From sequence record NC_070870.1: DNA of 64,000 nucleotides; one strand, given 5' to 3'. Position numbers and translations under genes: made by a program. The notes under the pieces are model-generated. The model did no database searches and had not been told where the DNA came from. It worked only from the letters and a program-made list of their open reading frames with translations. Positions 28,990 through 38,514 of this stretch are shown one piece after another (the first letter of the stretch is position 1; each line of letters begins with the position of its first letter). The stretch comes from Escherichia phage phi G17.

Positions 28990-29786
28990 TAACGTTTACC
29001 GAACAGAGATTTACCACCTGCCGGAGCAGAACTTGTACTAGCACCTGGTTTAGGAGGCAAGCCACCTTTACCATTACCACCAGTAGAACCCTTGGTCTTA
29101 TCGCGGGTTTTACCTTTGTTCTTTTCCAGCCATGCTGCATAGAATACAGCCAGTTCTGGGGTCAGTTCTTTCTCAGCCTTCTCTGCTTCCTGAGCCTCGA
29201 CGACTGTGACCAGCAGTTCCGGGTGAAACACTTTCTGAATCTCGTTTACTTCACGAGTTTCACCAGAGTCAACGTAACCGTTGTCACCCTTAACCTGCTT
29301 AGCTTCCAGAACCTTTTCCAGAGCGAAGGTAACAGTCTGACCAACCAGATCAACTGGAACCATGACGGACTTGTTGGTTTCTGCTTTTAGGTCAAAGTCA
29401 TAGACTTTAACAATCTTCTCTTCGAAGTCTGCATCCGGTAGTTCATTACCAGTAGCCATCAACATCATGTCGTTAATGACAGTGTAACCAGGCAGGAAGT
29501 ATTCTTTACCGTTCTTCTCATAAGTCGGCTTATTGCCTTTAGCATTACCAGAAGTGAAGTACACCTGAGCACGGAACTCACCGGCACTATTGCCAGCAGA
29601 ACCTTTCAGGTCTTCAATGATTAACTGCATCCAGTCTGCACCAGAGTCTGCTTTACCTACGTAAGCCACTTTGACAGTACCGGTGTAGATATCAGATTCT
29701 TTAGCGCCGAAGCCACCACCACCAAGGGAGTCTTTAGCAGCTTCAACGTTTTGGGTTTTTTCTTTCAAGTTACCGAACAGTGACAT
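28989..29786 (-). CDS. ssb: single-stranded DNA-binding protein (N4 gp45-like)
   Basis: 265 aa, same length as recalled for N4 SSB; Gly-rich flexible C-terminal tail; position next to replication/recombination genes. Confidence 0.5.
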   Translation of the reverse strand: MSLFGNLKEKTQNVEAAKDSLGGGGFGAKESDIYTGTVKVAYVGKADSGADWMQLIIEDLKGSAGNSAGEFRAQVYFTSGNAKGNKPTYEKNGKEYFLPGYTVINDMMLMATGNELPDADFEEKIVKVYDFDLKAETNKSVMVPVDLVGQTVTFALEKVLEAKQVKGDNGYVDSGETREVNEIQKVFHPELLVTVVEAQEAEKAEKELTPELAVFYAAWLEKNKGKTRDKTKGSTGGNGKGGLPPKPGASTSSAPAGGKSLFGKR

Positions 29787-29827
29787 AATATTTTTTCCTA
29801 ATAAGTGATTAACAACCAGGCAAACGC

Positions 29828-30580
29828 TTAAGCGTAGTATTCAGCCAGATGGTCTAAAAGTTTTTGAGCGTCATTATCAATGTACGTCTCGGATTTATCG
29901 AACATACCCATCGGTGAACGTAAGCGTTTACCAACAGACTTCTTGGTTGGGCGAGTCTGGAATACATGCTTATAACCTAAGTCACGCTCTTCTTCAGTAA
30001 TTTCAAGCATCTTGTTGCCATACTTCTCCAGTTCCTTGATGTCTACACGCTCAGCGTAAACCACTGTAGAGAAATAAGCCTCAAGGCCATTGTTCTTCAG
30101 GGAGCCTTTGACCGGGATGAATGTTTTCATCACACCGGCAGCTTCATCGAGTTCATCTTTGGCATGGGCAGTAATGATTACTGGCTTACCAAACTTAACG
30201 ACTTTCTGTTGCAGCAGTACTTTAAAGAACTGTGCAAAGTCTCCCCAGGCTTTCTGGGTATTAGCAGATGGTAATACATACTGGGATTCCAGCATGTCCA
30301 TCATGAAGGTAGCAGAGTCGATAATGATGCCATCAACATCGTCTGCCATTTCACCACCTGGAGATGCAACATCGAATGCTTCCCAAATCTGATATGGGTC
30401 TTCAATGTTGTAGGTGTTGAACTTATTACGGAAAGGCAGTCGCTTACCTGCTTCTGTATTCAGATACAGCCAGCGTTCCTGGTTCCTGATATTACGCAGT
30501 GATGCTGATTTACCACTCGCTGAGAATCCTGCAATCAGGATTAGCTGAGTGTTCATATCGTTGGAGATTTCTTCGGACAT
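29828..30580 (-). CDS. RecA-like P-loop ATPase (Sak4-like recombination protein)
   Basis: 250 aa; Walker A GFSASGKS, Walker B-like GIIIDSAT; core-only RecA-size protein next to SSB. Confidence 0.5.
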   Translation of the reverse strand: MSEEISNDMNTQLILIAGFSASGKSASLRNIRNQERWLYLNTEAGKRLPFRNKFNTYNIEDPYQIWEAFDVASPGGEMADDVDGIIIDSATFMMDMLESQYVLPSANTQKAWGDFAQFFKVLLQQKVVKFGKPVIITAHAKDELDEAAGVMKTFIPVKGSLKNNGLEAYFSTVVYAERVDIKELEKYGNKMLEITEEERDLGYKHVFQTRPTKKSVGKRLRSPMGMFDKSETYIDNDAQKLLDHLAEYYA

Positions 30581-30636
30581 TATTTTTCCTCGTTTAGTTT
30601 AGGAGTCCTTCAAACCAAAGAAAGACTCCTGTTTGC

Positions 30637-32847
30637 TTATTTGCCAGCGAAGCGTTTAGCCACGGTGACCATTACGGTTGCATTCAATTCATCATCTGGT
30701 AATGGATTAGCCAGTTTCTTATTGAACGAGTAGACGGCTTGCTGTACTTGAGCAAAGTCCCAACCACTGTCTACTAATGCCAGTGCGTACTTAATCATTT
30801 GATTATTACGATTACCGGAGGCAATACGACCAGCGAACCAACGCTCCAGATTGTCTAACGACTGTACTTCCTTCATCTGGTTCTGGAACTGTTCGTTCTT
30901 ACTGGTACGAGGAATAAAGTCACGTACATCCAACAGATTCGCATCAAGGTTGTAATGATAGGAACCAGTTTCACAGGACATCCACTTCTTGGCTCGTTGG
31001 TTAGCAGACTCATCCGTTTCGAATGGTAGCCAAGCCATAACGTTATTCATGAACTCTTTGTATTCCACAGTGTCGAGGTGCAACTCATAGTTCATTGGGA
31101 TAATCAGACGGAAGCGGTTCTCTTCGTCGGAATGACGCTTAGTGGTATAGGTCATGAACTTATATTCCTTCATCAGTTCATGGCACGTATGCAGTGGTAC
31201 TCCACCATCACAGTCAATAACAATCATGTTAAATCCTGGAATCACGTTCTCTTCAGAACGATGTCCATTCTTCATGTGATGGTTTACCCAGTGCATACCG
31301 GGAGCTTGGGTTAATACATGTAGCTGGTCAAACGGTACACGTTCACCAACATAGTCATAAGCAAAGCTATCACTATAAGCCACCAGCATCTCATTGGTGT
31401 CAGTCTCTTTCAGAGTCTCACCACGGAAGAACTCAATACCTTCATTGAATGTCTTCTTAATAATGATGTGCTGTTTGTAACCCCATGCTGTAGCAAGAGT
31501 CATCATCTCATTACGAGCTGCATTGCCACTCTTATAGAACGGCAGTGACTCCAGTAAGTCAGCATGAGTCACTTCTTTGCCTACGGAAGCAATGTACTTA
31601 GCCAGCTTAACATAGGCTTTCTCACGATTAAGGATAGTCTGGAAAGCTGCCCCGGATTCTTCTACGAGCAGGATTGCTTGTTTAAGATGAGCCATCTCAA
31701 TGAATGAACTCTGGTCAACAAACGCCAGTGCACCTGCCAGCTTAAGAGCTTTGAAGTAACGGTGGGAGATTTCAGCTTTACGAATTTCTTCGTGGTCTGC
31801 CATAGCTTCTGCTTGTTTCTCACAATCAATTTTGTAAGTAATCAGAGCAATACCCACTGCATCTTCCACAATCATCTTAAAGCCAAACAGGTTTGGGTCA
31901 GCCAGACTATGAAAGTGGTTAGCCCACTTGCCAAGAGACTGAACGTTATCCTGCTTAATCAGGTTACGGTAGATTTCTTCCGGGGTCAGCGTTGCATGTG
32001 CTCGCTTGTCTAAGTGCCCAATGGCAAACAGACAACGACGTGCATACCCCGTATCAAGGAAGTCATAGAACTGGTCTTCAGTCTGACCACCATCCAGCAG
32101 CTTACTCGGAGTACCGAATAGCAGCAGGTTAGCGGGAGTCTTACCATCCAGTTCTTCACCACGTACACTTTCAGCAGTGTTCTTGGTTAACTTCTGTTTT
32201 ACTTTCCCTTGGTCATACAACTCAAGGAACAGGTTAAGTACTTCAACGTTGGCAATGAGGTTGGAACCAATCTCATCAATCTGTAAGTTGATGCCACCAC
32301 AACCAGCCATAAGCAGTTTGTGACGAAGTTGCTTTACAGCAGGTGCTGTACCAGAGTCGAACGTGAACGGGAATGCCCCAGCACGCTTATACTCTGCTTC
32401 AACTTTATCGAACTCTTCTTGCTGGTCAGTACCCTGACGTGCAGAACGTTCGTTAGCAATCTTCCACAGACGGTCATTTGCAATGACGGGCATGGTGTCT
32501 TCCATAAAACGTTTACGGAAGCCAGTCATGAATCCGTCTTCAATGATATTTACCGAGTGACCTTTACCGAAACCAGATGTAGCCAACGCCATAGCGTAGA
32601 TGTTTACTGGCAGGTCACCACGGTCTTTAGTTACGATGGTTGCACCCATGCAGGATGCCATTTTAGCCAAGAAGTAGGCCACTTCGACACGGAAAAATCC
32701 CCGGTCGTTATTCTGGGTTTTATTGCAGAGCACATCTACGATTTCTTCAATCGCCGGATGGTGCACTACTCCGGTAAGGTCAATACTCATGATGGAAAAT
32801 ATCTCTCTCTTTGTTTGCAAATGGACGCGACAGGGCAATATAAACAA
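30637..32847 (-). CDS. DNA primase (AEP/prim-pol type, N4 gp43-like)
   Basis: 736 aa; C-terminal region has IVIDCD (motif I hhhDhD), RHS and RFRLIIP segments typical of archaeo-eukaryotic primase domains; start uncertain (MSIDLTG at residue 20 possible). Confidence 0.55.
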   Translation of the reverse strand: MFILPCRVHLQTKREIFSIMSIDLTGVVHHPAIEEIVDVLCNKTQNNDRGFFRVEVAYFLAKMASCMGATIVTKDRGDLPVNIYAMALATSGFGKGHSVNIIEDGFMTGFRKRFMEDTMPVIANDRLWKIANERSARQGTDQQEEFDKVEAEYKRAGAFPFTFDSGTAPAVKQLRHKLLMAGCGGINLQIDEIGSNLIANVEVLNLFLELYDQGKVKQKLTKNTAESVRGEELDGKTPANLLLFGTPSKLLDGGQTEDQFYDFLDTGYARRCLFAIGHLDKRAHATLTPEEIYRNLIKQDNVQSLGKWANHFHSLADPNLFGFKMIVEDAVGIALITYKIDCEKQAEAMADHEEIRKAEISHRYFKALKLAGALAFVDQSSFIEMAHLKQAILLVEESGAAFQTILNREKAYVKLAKYIASVGKEVTHADLLESLPFYKSGNAARNEMMTLATAWGYKQHIIIKKTFNEGIEFFRGETLKETDTNEMLVAYSDSFAYDYVGERVPFDQLHVLTQAPGMHWVNHHMKNGHRSEENVIPGFNMIVIDCDGGVPLHTCHELMKEYKFMTYTTKRHSDEENRFRLIIPMNYELHLDTVEYKEFMNNVMAWLPFETDESANQRAKKWMSCETGSYHYNLDANLLDVRDFIPRTSKNEQFQNQMKEVQSLDNLERWFAGRIASGNRNNQMIKYALALVDSGWDFAQVQQAVYSFNKKLANPLPDDELNATVMVTVAKRFAGK

Positions 32848-33839
32848 CGTTTAACCTGCCCCTCCACGACTTTGATAGCACCCTTGCCACCTTTTTCAGC
32901 CATGAAGATACGAGCAGATGCCATATCATCAAAGTTTTTGGTACTTCTGGCTCCGGGCATATCTACCTTAGAAGCATCAGAGAAGTATTTAAACTGTGGC
33001 TCTGTTCGCCACAACTCCTCGTCAGTACATTCAGGGATTTCCTCTTCAGGTGCATCCCAGTACTTTTCGATTAAGTGAATCTTCTCTTCCACCCAACGTT
33101 CAGTCTTCTCAGCAGACAGCAACGGAATATCCTTATGCATAATACGATTAGCAGGATAGTTCGGATTGCTATTAGCCATGTGTTTCATGAAGTCGGTGAA
33201 GATGTAGTTAATACGGATTACATCCTCGGTAATGATGTCGTTGTGAATCCAACGGTACAAGCTGCCTTGCATCTTATGTTCATCATCACGGGAACCAGCA
33301 ACCCAGGAATAGGTTGAGGTAGACTTGAAGTCTTGTAACAGACCTTCCGTTACGATGTCGAACTTACCACCGATGGTCCAACCCTTAACTACCTTGGTTC
33401 CACGTTGTTCAATGTAGATTGGGATAAGGTCTGGGTTAGCAGCAAAGTCTGCTTTGGTTGGGTTAATGACTACTGCATCAATTACTCGCTGAGGATAACC
33501 CAGCTTCTTCAATGCAGTCTTATGACCTAGCTTCCAGGCTTTCTCGATAGAGTCATGTAAGCCAGTTCCCATTGATGTGGAGACGAAATCCATAACATCA
33601 ATAGACTGGTCACTAAAATCTACACGATGTTTCATGACTATTTGCTTAAGTGGTTTAAGCAATGTAGTAGCAGACAGATACTTAGGATTGTCTACGTAAT
33701 CATACTCATCATGTAATAGCCATACAGCCAGAGCCAGCGAGACATCATGATTGTTGGTTATCTTCATTAGTAAGTAATCCTGTAACGATAAATATCTGCC
33801 CACCTGATAGATTGGAAATGTAGTTCTCCTGGAAAGCAT
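32787..33839 (-). CDS. PD-(D/E)xK-type nuclease with C-terminal Cys cluster (Cas4/RecB-like exonuclease)
   Basis: 350 aa; C-terminal C...CLYCPVASIC (CxxCx5C) pattern as in Fe-S containing Cas4/AddB nucleases; start overlaps primase so true start may be internal. Confidence 0.5.
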   Translation of the reverse strand: MLSRRTTFPIYQVGRYLSLQDYLLMKITNNHDVSLALAVWLLHDEYDYVDNPKYLSATTLLKPLKQIVMKHRVDFSDQSIDVMDFVSTSMGTGLHDSIEKAWKLGHKTALKKLGYPQRVIDAVVINPTKADFAANPDLIPIYIEQRGTKVVKGWTIGGKFDIVTEGLLQDFKSTSTYSWVAGSRDDEHKMQGSLYRWIHNDIITEDVIRINYIFTDFMKHMANSNPNYPANRIMHKDIPLLSAEKTERWVEEKIHLIEKYWDAPEEEIPECTDEELWRTEPQFKYFSDASKVDMPGARSTKNFDDMASARIFMAEKGGKGAIKVVEGQVKRCLYCPVASICKQRERYFPS

Positions 33840-34240
33840 GTGTACGTTTTACAATGGTTTATGTACTCATACTCAATCTTCTTCCACTTACACATGAAGG
33901 ATGGTCTTTCATTACTGTAAACCCAATCGGTACTGGATTCTTCCAACTTATCTATTTCACCACTATCCTTAGAATCAATATAAGCTTTAACAAGTAGACG
34001 ATTAGCGTAATGAACTAGCTTCTCACAGTCATAGACTGTAGTGTTTCCAGGTTTACCATTACCCATACGGGCAGCAGCATTTCGCCATAGAGCCTTAAAG
34101 GCACAACCTTCATCGAAGGTCATGCCCAGTGCTTGGATAATATCTTCACACTCTGCTTGGTATGGCTCTTGCTCTTTCCGTTGGGGATTCTTAATCGGAA
34201 CTACATAGTAGTTATTAAGACCACCGGAGAGCTTAGTCAT
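33767..34240 (-). CDS. hypothetical protein (DUF3310-like N-terminal region)
   Basis: 157 aa; N-terminus NNYYVVP...AECEDIIQALGMTF...GNAA...KLVHYANRLL resembles the phage DUF3310 family from memory. Confidence 0.35.
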   Translation of the reverse strand: MTKLSGGLNNYYVVPIKNPQRKEQEPYQAECEDIIQALGMTFDEGCAFKALWRNAAARMGNGKPGNTTVYDCEKLVHYANRLLVKAYIDSKDSGEIDKLEESSTDWVYSNERPSFMCKWKKIEYEYINHCKTYTCFPGELHFQSIRWADIYRYRITY

Positions 34241-34545
34241 TATTCCCCCTTGGGAACCATGTTTGCTTGGAACTCAGGTTCAGACATCAGGCCCAGGTTG
34301 TTGATAGACAGATAAACAATATCTTTCAGGTCAACCGAGGTGTCGAAACGCTGGTCCAGACTAATCTTCAGAGAGTGATTGGCACGGGCCAAATCTTTAT
34401 AGGTCACATGAGGTTCGGCAGTGAGCAGCATTGTATTCATGGTAAGCAGGGAACCATCATCAGCTTTAGGAAGCTGGAAGATTACCTGTGCTGCTACCAT
34501 CCAATGATATTTTTTGACGACGGTTTCTTTAGTACTTTTAGTCAT
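34240..34545 (-). CDS. hypothetical protein
   Basis: 101 aa ORF, start overlaps upstream stop. Confidence 0.35.
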   Translation of the reverse strand: MTKSTKETVVKKYHWMVAAQVIFQLPKADDGSLLTMNTMLLTAEPHVTYKDLARANHSLKISLDQRFDTSVDLKDIVYLSINNLGLMSEPEFQANMVPKGE

Positions 34546-35513
34546 GCGAATGCCTTTTGAATTGTTTGATTAACTTCTTCAGGGGTAGCGTGATTTGGAA
34601 TCTCAATCTCGTTAGCCCACGTTGGGTAGAACAAGGACAGTTCCCCACCCAAACCAACTTCTGGATGAGCAATATCGGGATGGTCTTGCCAGTTAACGGC
34701 TTCAACCAAATGCTTGTTCGTGTACTGCAAGGTATCCATGTTGTCACGAATCATGAAGTACTGAGCATCATGAATGTGAATACTAGGACGTATATCTAAT
34801 CTGAACTCACTGGTTCTGACTTTACGCATAAATTCTGAGCCAGCACGGTTATTCAGTAGACACCAGCTTTGCCCTAAGGCATTGCCAGCAGTTCTACCTT
34901 CAGCCTCTGCTTCATATGGAGTCTTACATGTCCCACGTAAAACCTGAGCCAGTAAAGGAGTACGCACTCTTAAACCAAATGCAGCAGTTACATAACCAGT
35001 CTTAGCAGCCTCGTCTAGCTTAGCCTGAACCCAGGCATCACTAACTGTATACATCTCATGGTATCTGGACTCGATTAACTTAGCCTTCTCTTCAGAGAAG
35101 CCACAGTTTTTCATCAAGCCCATGTAAGTCCCACCGTAGGTCAGTAGGAAAGTGGGTGCTTTTGACTCACTACGTAAAGCCTTATACTTTTTCTGTATAG
35201 AGTTGATGCCTTCCACAGAGTCATCAATATCCGGCATTTGTTCACCGAAATAAAATTTAGCTCTGAGCGAATGCCCGTCGAACCCGTCAGTATAGACGCG
35301 CAATTTATTAGGGTCTTTGGTTGTTAGGGCTGATATACGATCCTCTAAGGACGCAAAATCGAGGCCACAGAACAACCAACCTCCCTCATAGTTAAAGCAT
35401 TCTGATACTTGTTCCTGCATGCCATATTTACTAGCCAATTGCATTAACTCGTCATAATCATCCAGGGTTACTCTATCTTTTATGCTAACTAATTTATTTA
35501 ATAAGTCCTGCAT
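34542..35513 (-). CDS. DNA polymerase (family A) C-terminal fragment, carrying motifs A, B and C
   Basis: GLDFASLEDRI (motif A, D-Y/F-S-Q-I-E-L-R), K-x3-F-x3-YG (SKAPTFLLTYGGTYMG, motif B), IHIHDAQ (motif C); own strong SD AGGAGAAGG 8 nt upstream of ATG at 35513. Confidence 0.8.
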   Translation of the reverse strand: MQDLLNKLVSIKDRVTLDDYDELMQLASKYGMQEQVSECFNYEGGWLFCGLDFASLEDRISALTTKDPNKLRVYTDGFDGHSLRAKFYFGEQMPDIDDSVEGINSIQKKYKALRSESKAPTFLLTYGGTYMGLMKNCGFSEEKAKLIESRYHEMYTVSDAWVQAKLDEAAKTGYVTAAFGLRVRTPLLAQVLRGTCKTPYEAEAEGRTAGNALGQSWCLLNNRAGSEFMRKVRTSEFRLDIRPSIHIHDAQYFMIRDNMDTLQYTNKHLVEAVNWQDHPDIAHPEVGLGGELSLFYPTWANEIEIPNHATPEEVNQTIQKAFA

Positions 35514-36150
35514 TACGAAGTACCTTCTCCTGTTCAACCATGTTATTAGCTAATACATAGGTAATAACTGCATTCATAACAGTATCTAGATCTCTATCTA
35601 CTAGGATTTCCACTCTCTTACCTAAATGGGTAATTCTACCTACCCATTTATTTTTCGACTTACTGTAACTAACATAAGGAGTTGTACTCCAAACCCTTTT
35701 GTTAGTTTGTTGGGTACTCCTATTTGCCCATCTACAATTGTCTGGAGAGTAGTCTTTGTAGGCGTCAATCCTGTCAATACTCAGTCCTATTTCATAGCCG
35801 GAAGATAATGCCCAATCTCGGAAATTTTCATATGAATTTTTCCACTCATCACAAACATTTATGCCTTTGGCCCCATATTTGTAATAAGTGGAACATTTTT
35901 CATTATGACAGCGGTCTAGCATACCGTAGTAAACCTTGTATAGAGGCTCTTTTGAACGCCCATCCTTGTAATTACGAGGGCATTCTTTGTACAAGCAACC
36001 ACAGCTTCTTGTATGACCACTTTTTAATTTTTGAATATTGACCACAGTGGTATTACCACAGTCACACAGACATACCCAATGCTTTGCATAGTATTTGTCT
36101 TTGTGGCTGAATCTCACTACGGTCAATCTATTAAATTTCTTTCCAATCAT
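35494..36150 (-). CDS. HNH homing endonuclease (HNH_3-type with AP2-like DNA-binding domain)
   Basis: CDCG...SCGC zinc-binding cysteines, LSIDRIDAYKDYSPDNCRWANRSTQ signature, C-terminal WVGRI...GKRVEIL AP2-like segment; ATG overlaps the TGA of the upstream polymerase fragment (ATGA). Confidence 0.8.
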   Translation of the reverse strand: MIGKKFNRLTVVRFSHKDKYYAKHWVCLCDCGNTTVVNIQKLKSGHTRSCGCLYKECPRNYKDGRSKEPLYKVYYGMLDRCHNEKCSTYYKYGAKGINVCDEWKNSYENFRDWALSSGYEIGLSIDRIDAYKDYSPDNCRWANRSTQQTNKRVWSTTPYVSYSKSKNKWVGRITHLGKRVEILVDRDLDTVMNAVITYVLANNMVEQEKVLRNAGLIK

Positions 36151-37964
36151 TTGGCACCACCAATTGTATTTTTCAGGGACTGGATTAATGTATCCAGCTT
36201 GTCCCTGTTTGGCAAGTAACAACTGGGTGGGGCTTCGAAGCATTTCTTAATCTTCTTGGCGTATTTAGAACCGGATGGAATTGTTTGTAGATTGGGCTCT
36301 GAAGCCGATAGCCTACCGGAGACTGTGCCTCCCAGATTGAGGTTGCCGAACAGATAGTGCCAGCCATCCGGCCCCGGTTGGGCATTCCTGAAAGCTGGTA
36401 TAAAACTAGTGATAATCTTATCCACGAGTTTATAGTCGATAAGTGCATTGAGCAGTTCCTTAACATCTTCACTCTGCGTATGTGTACGCAGTGCTTTAAT
36501 AGTGTCACCGTCAGTAGCAGGTTGCTTGCTCTTAGTAAGACCAAGAACCGGTAAGCCAATGTAATCAAATAACAGTTTCTGTAACTGTGGACCGGAGTTA
36601 GGATTAAACTCTATGTCACAATCAGCCAGTGTTACTTGCTTCTTCTTGAGCTTAGCATTCTTATCGTCTACCCATTCCTGACGAAGCGTCAGGGTGAAGT
36701 TCTTCATGAGCTTAGACTCACGAATAGTTTTCAGAGCCTGGTTCCTGTCAGTTTCCATCTCTTCAGCTACTTGGTTAACGGTTTCCATATTCATGGGCAT
36801 ACCGGTTAACTGCATCTGAATAATGTCTTCACAGGCTGGTTTAAAGATGTTGTTGTAAACATCCAGTTGGTCATCAGCAATGAGAGTATCCCAGTGCTTC
36901 TCGTAGGTGTACCACGTACACAAACCATCAATGAGGTTGTAACGTAACAGTTGCTCATTAGGAATAAGACAAATGTCTTTAATATCATCCTGAGCATAGT
37001 TACCGGCATACTCCTGAGCCTGGTCTTTCAGACTAAGGTGATTACCAGCACAACTGTTAGTAGCCAAGTAGGTGATTAACTTAGTACAGTCCCAATTACG
37101 CAGCATGATTTCCATGCCATGTAGTAAGCCTTCTGTATCAATCAGGTTATCCATGAATAGCTGATAGATAAGTATGTACACGTCATAGCTAATGTTGTGA
37201 TACATCTGCCGTTGAGTGTACTTAATGAAGAACTCACGTAACAGGTTACGAACAATATCGTTCCTGTTAATGCGCCCATAGGGTGCTTCAGTAGCCCCCT
37301 TAATCGGCTCGTAGTCCACATTAAAGGCTATGCCTTGTGTCTTACTCCAACAGAACGTAATCGTTCCTATACCTGCGTTATAGTGCTTTAAACCGAAGGA
37401 TTCGATGTCTATAGCCAGAGGCTTATTCATCTCAAGCAACTGGTCTAACCAGGCTTTAATCTTTTCGGGTGTGTCTGGATAGGCTTCAAACTCAATGATT
37501 CCCTGCCCAGGTTCAGCATACTGTCCTCGAATGTGGTTAAGTAATGCATCCATACCCTGAGCAATCTTGGCTCTCACTACAGGTGGGTCATAAAAGACCT
37601 GTCTGTAGTTAGGTGTATAGATAACCTTCTGCTTACCCCATACTGAGTCACAAACATAGCCGAGGTTAGCCTCTGCTTTAGCTTCTTTAGTCAGTATTTT
37701 GAAGTAGTCAGAATCGGTACAGATAATGTACTGAGTCTCTGCGTCATCCAGTACTTGTTGCAGTTCCTGCTGTATGAACTCTTTAATCTCCCTTGCAGGA
37801 GTCTTCTTCTTGCCTGGGGCAGAATGAAGTTCAAGGAAGATGAAATCTTCCATGCTTAGGTCATAAGGCAGCAGGTAGGTTTTAATCATCTCCTCCCTTC
37901 GGATTTGATGACCGAGGATAGCAATAGGATACTTACCCGTATCCTGAGAGGTGATGTAACGCAT
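36147..37964 (-). CDS. DNA polymerase (family A) N-terminal fragment: 3'-5' exonuclease plus N-terminal polymerase region
   Basis: Exo I LAIDIESFG, Exo II HNISYDVYIL, Exo III RYNLIDG; FNPNSGPQLQKLLFDYIGLP and SGRLSASEPNLQTIP match Pol I family segments; ORF stops just before motif A. Confidence 0.8.
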   Translation of the reverse strand: MRYITSQDTGKYPIAILGHQIRREEMIKTYLLPYDLSMEDFIFLELHSAPGKKKTPAREIKEFIQQELQQVLDDAETQYIICTDSDYFKILTKEAKAEANLGYVCDSVWGKQKVIYTPNYRQVFYDPPVVRAKIAQGMDALLNHIRGQYAEPGQGIIEFEAYPDTPEKIKAWLDQLLEMNKPLAIDIESFGLKHYNAGIGTITFCWSKTQGIAFNVDYEPIKGATEAPYGRINRNDIVRNLLREFFIKYTQRQMYHNISYDVYILIYQLFMDNLIDTEGLLHGMEIMLRNWDCTKLITYLATNSCAGNHLSLKDQAQEYAGNYAQDDIKDICLIPNEQLLRYNLIDGLCTWYTYEKHWDTLIADDQLDVYNNIFKPACEDIIQMQLTGMPMNMETVNQVAEEMETDRNQALKTIRESKLMKNFTLTLRQEWVDDKNAKLKKKQVTLADCDIEFNPNSGPQLQKLLFDYIGLPVLGLTKSKQPATDGDTIKALRTHTQSEDVKELLNALIDYKLVDKIITSFIPAFRNAQPGPDGWHYLFGNLNLGGTVSGRLSASEPNLQTIPSGSKYAKKIKKCFEAPPSCYLPNRDKLDTLIQSLKNTIGGAK

Positions 37965-37973
37965 ATCTTTACC

Positions 37974-38504
37974 TTAGAAAATCAGATGAGAAGCTGCATA
38001 GTACTCAATGGAAGGTAGAATCTTCTCATACTGTTTGATTGCCATAGCATCACCAGCAAGAGTCCAAGCCGCTTCACGAGTACGCTGTAGCCCTTTGTAC
38101 TGACCAGTCTGGTCTTGTGCTACCAGACATTCAGGCAGAGCATCACGTACATCCTGATAGGACATACAACCACGAACCAGTCGATATACAGTCTGGTTCA
38201 CAAGATGTACTTCCATAATCAGACGACTGGAGGCTTTCAGATACTTGTCCATTGCAGGCCATAGTTCTGGATTAAGCGTCAATCGTTCACCGTAGGTTGG
38301 AGGCCTAGTAGCGTTAGAACGCTGATAGAACTCCCCTTGGTAAAGAAATCCAGCCGATACATCTACACCATTGATACGGTCGTTCTTATCAATGATACCG
38401 TTTAACACACCATCAAGACGAACCAGTTCTGCTAAGAACAGGTGCTTGACTATCTCACTACTATTGGCAACCTGACCAATAGTCGTTGAACCAATCTGAG
38501 GCAT
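37974..38504 (-). CDS. hypothetical protein
   Basis: 176 aa ORF between helicase and polymerase. Confidence 0.45.
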   Translation of the reverse strand: MPQIGSTTIGQVANSSEIVKHLFLAELVRLDGVLNGIIDKNDRINGVDVSAGFLYQGEFYQRSNATRPPTYGERLTLNPELWPAMDKYLKASSRLIMEVHLVNQTVYRLVRGCMSYQDVRDALPECLVAQDQTGQYKGLQRTREAAWTLAGDAMAIKQYEKILPSIEYYAASHLIF

Positions 38505-38514
38505 ATACCCTCCC

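Noticed and set aside
35494-36150. Intein interpretation of the polymerase interruption
   Set aside because: The HNH ORF is in a different frame from both polymerase fragments and has its own ATG overlapping the upstream stop, so it is not an in-frame intein; an intron or trans-split remains open
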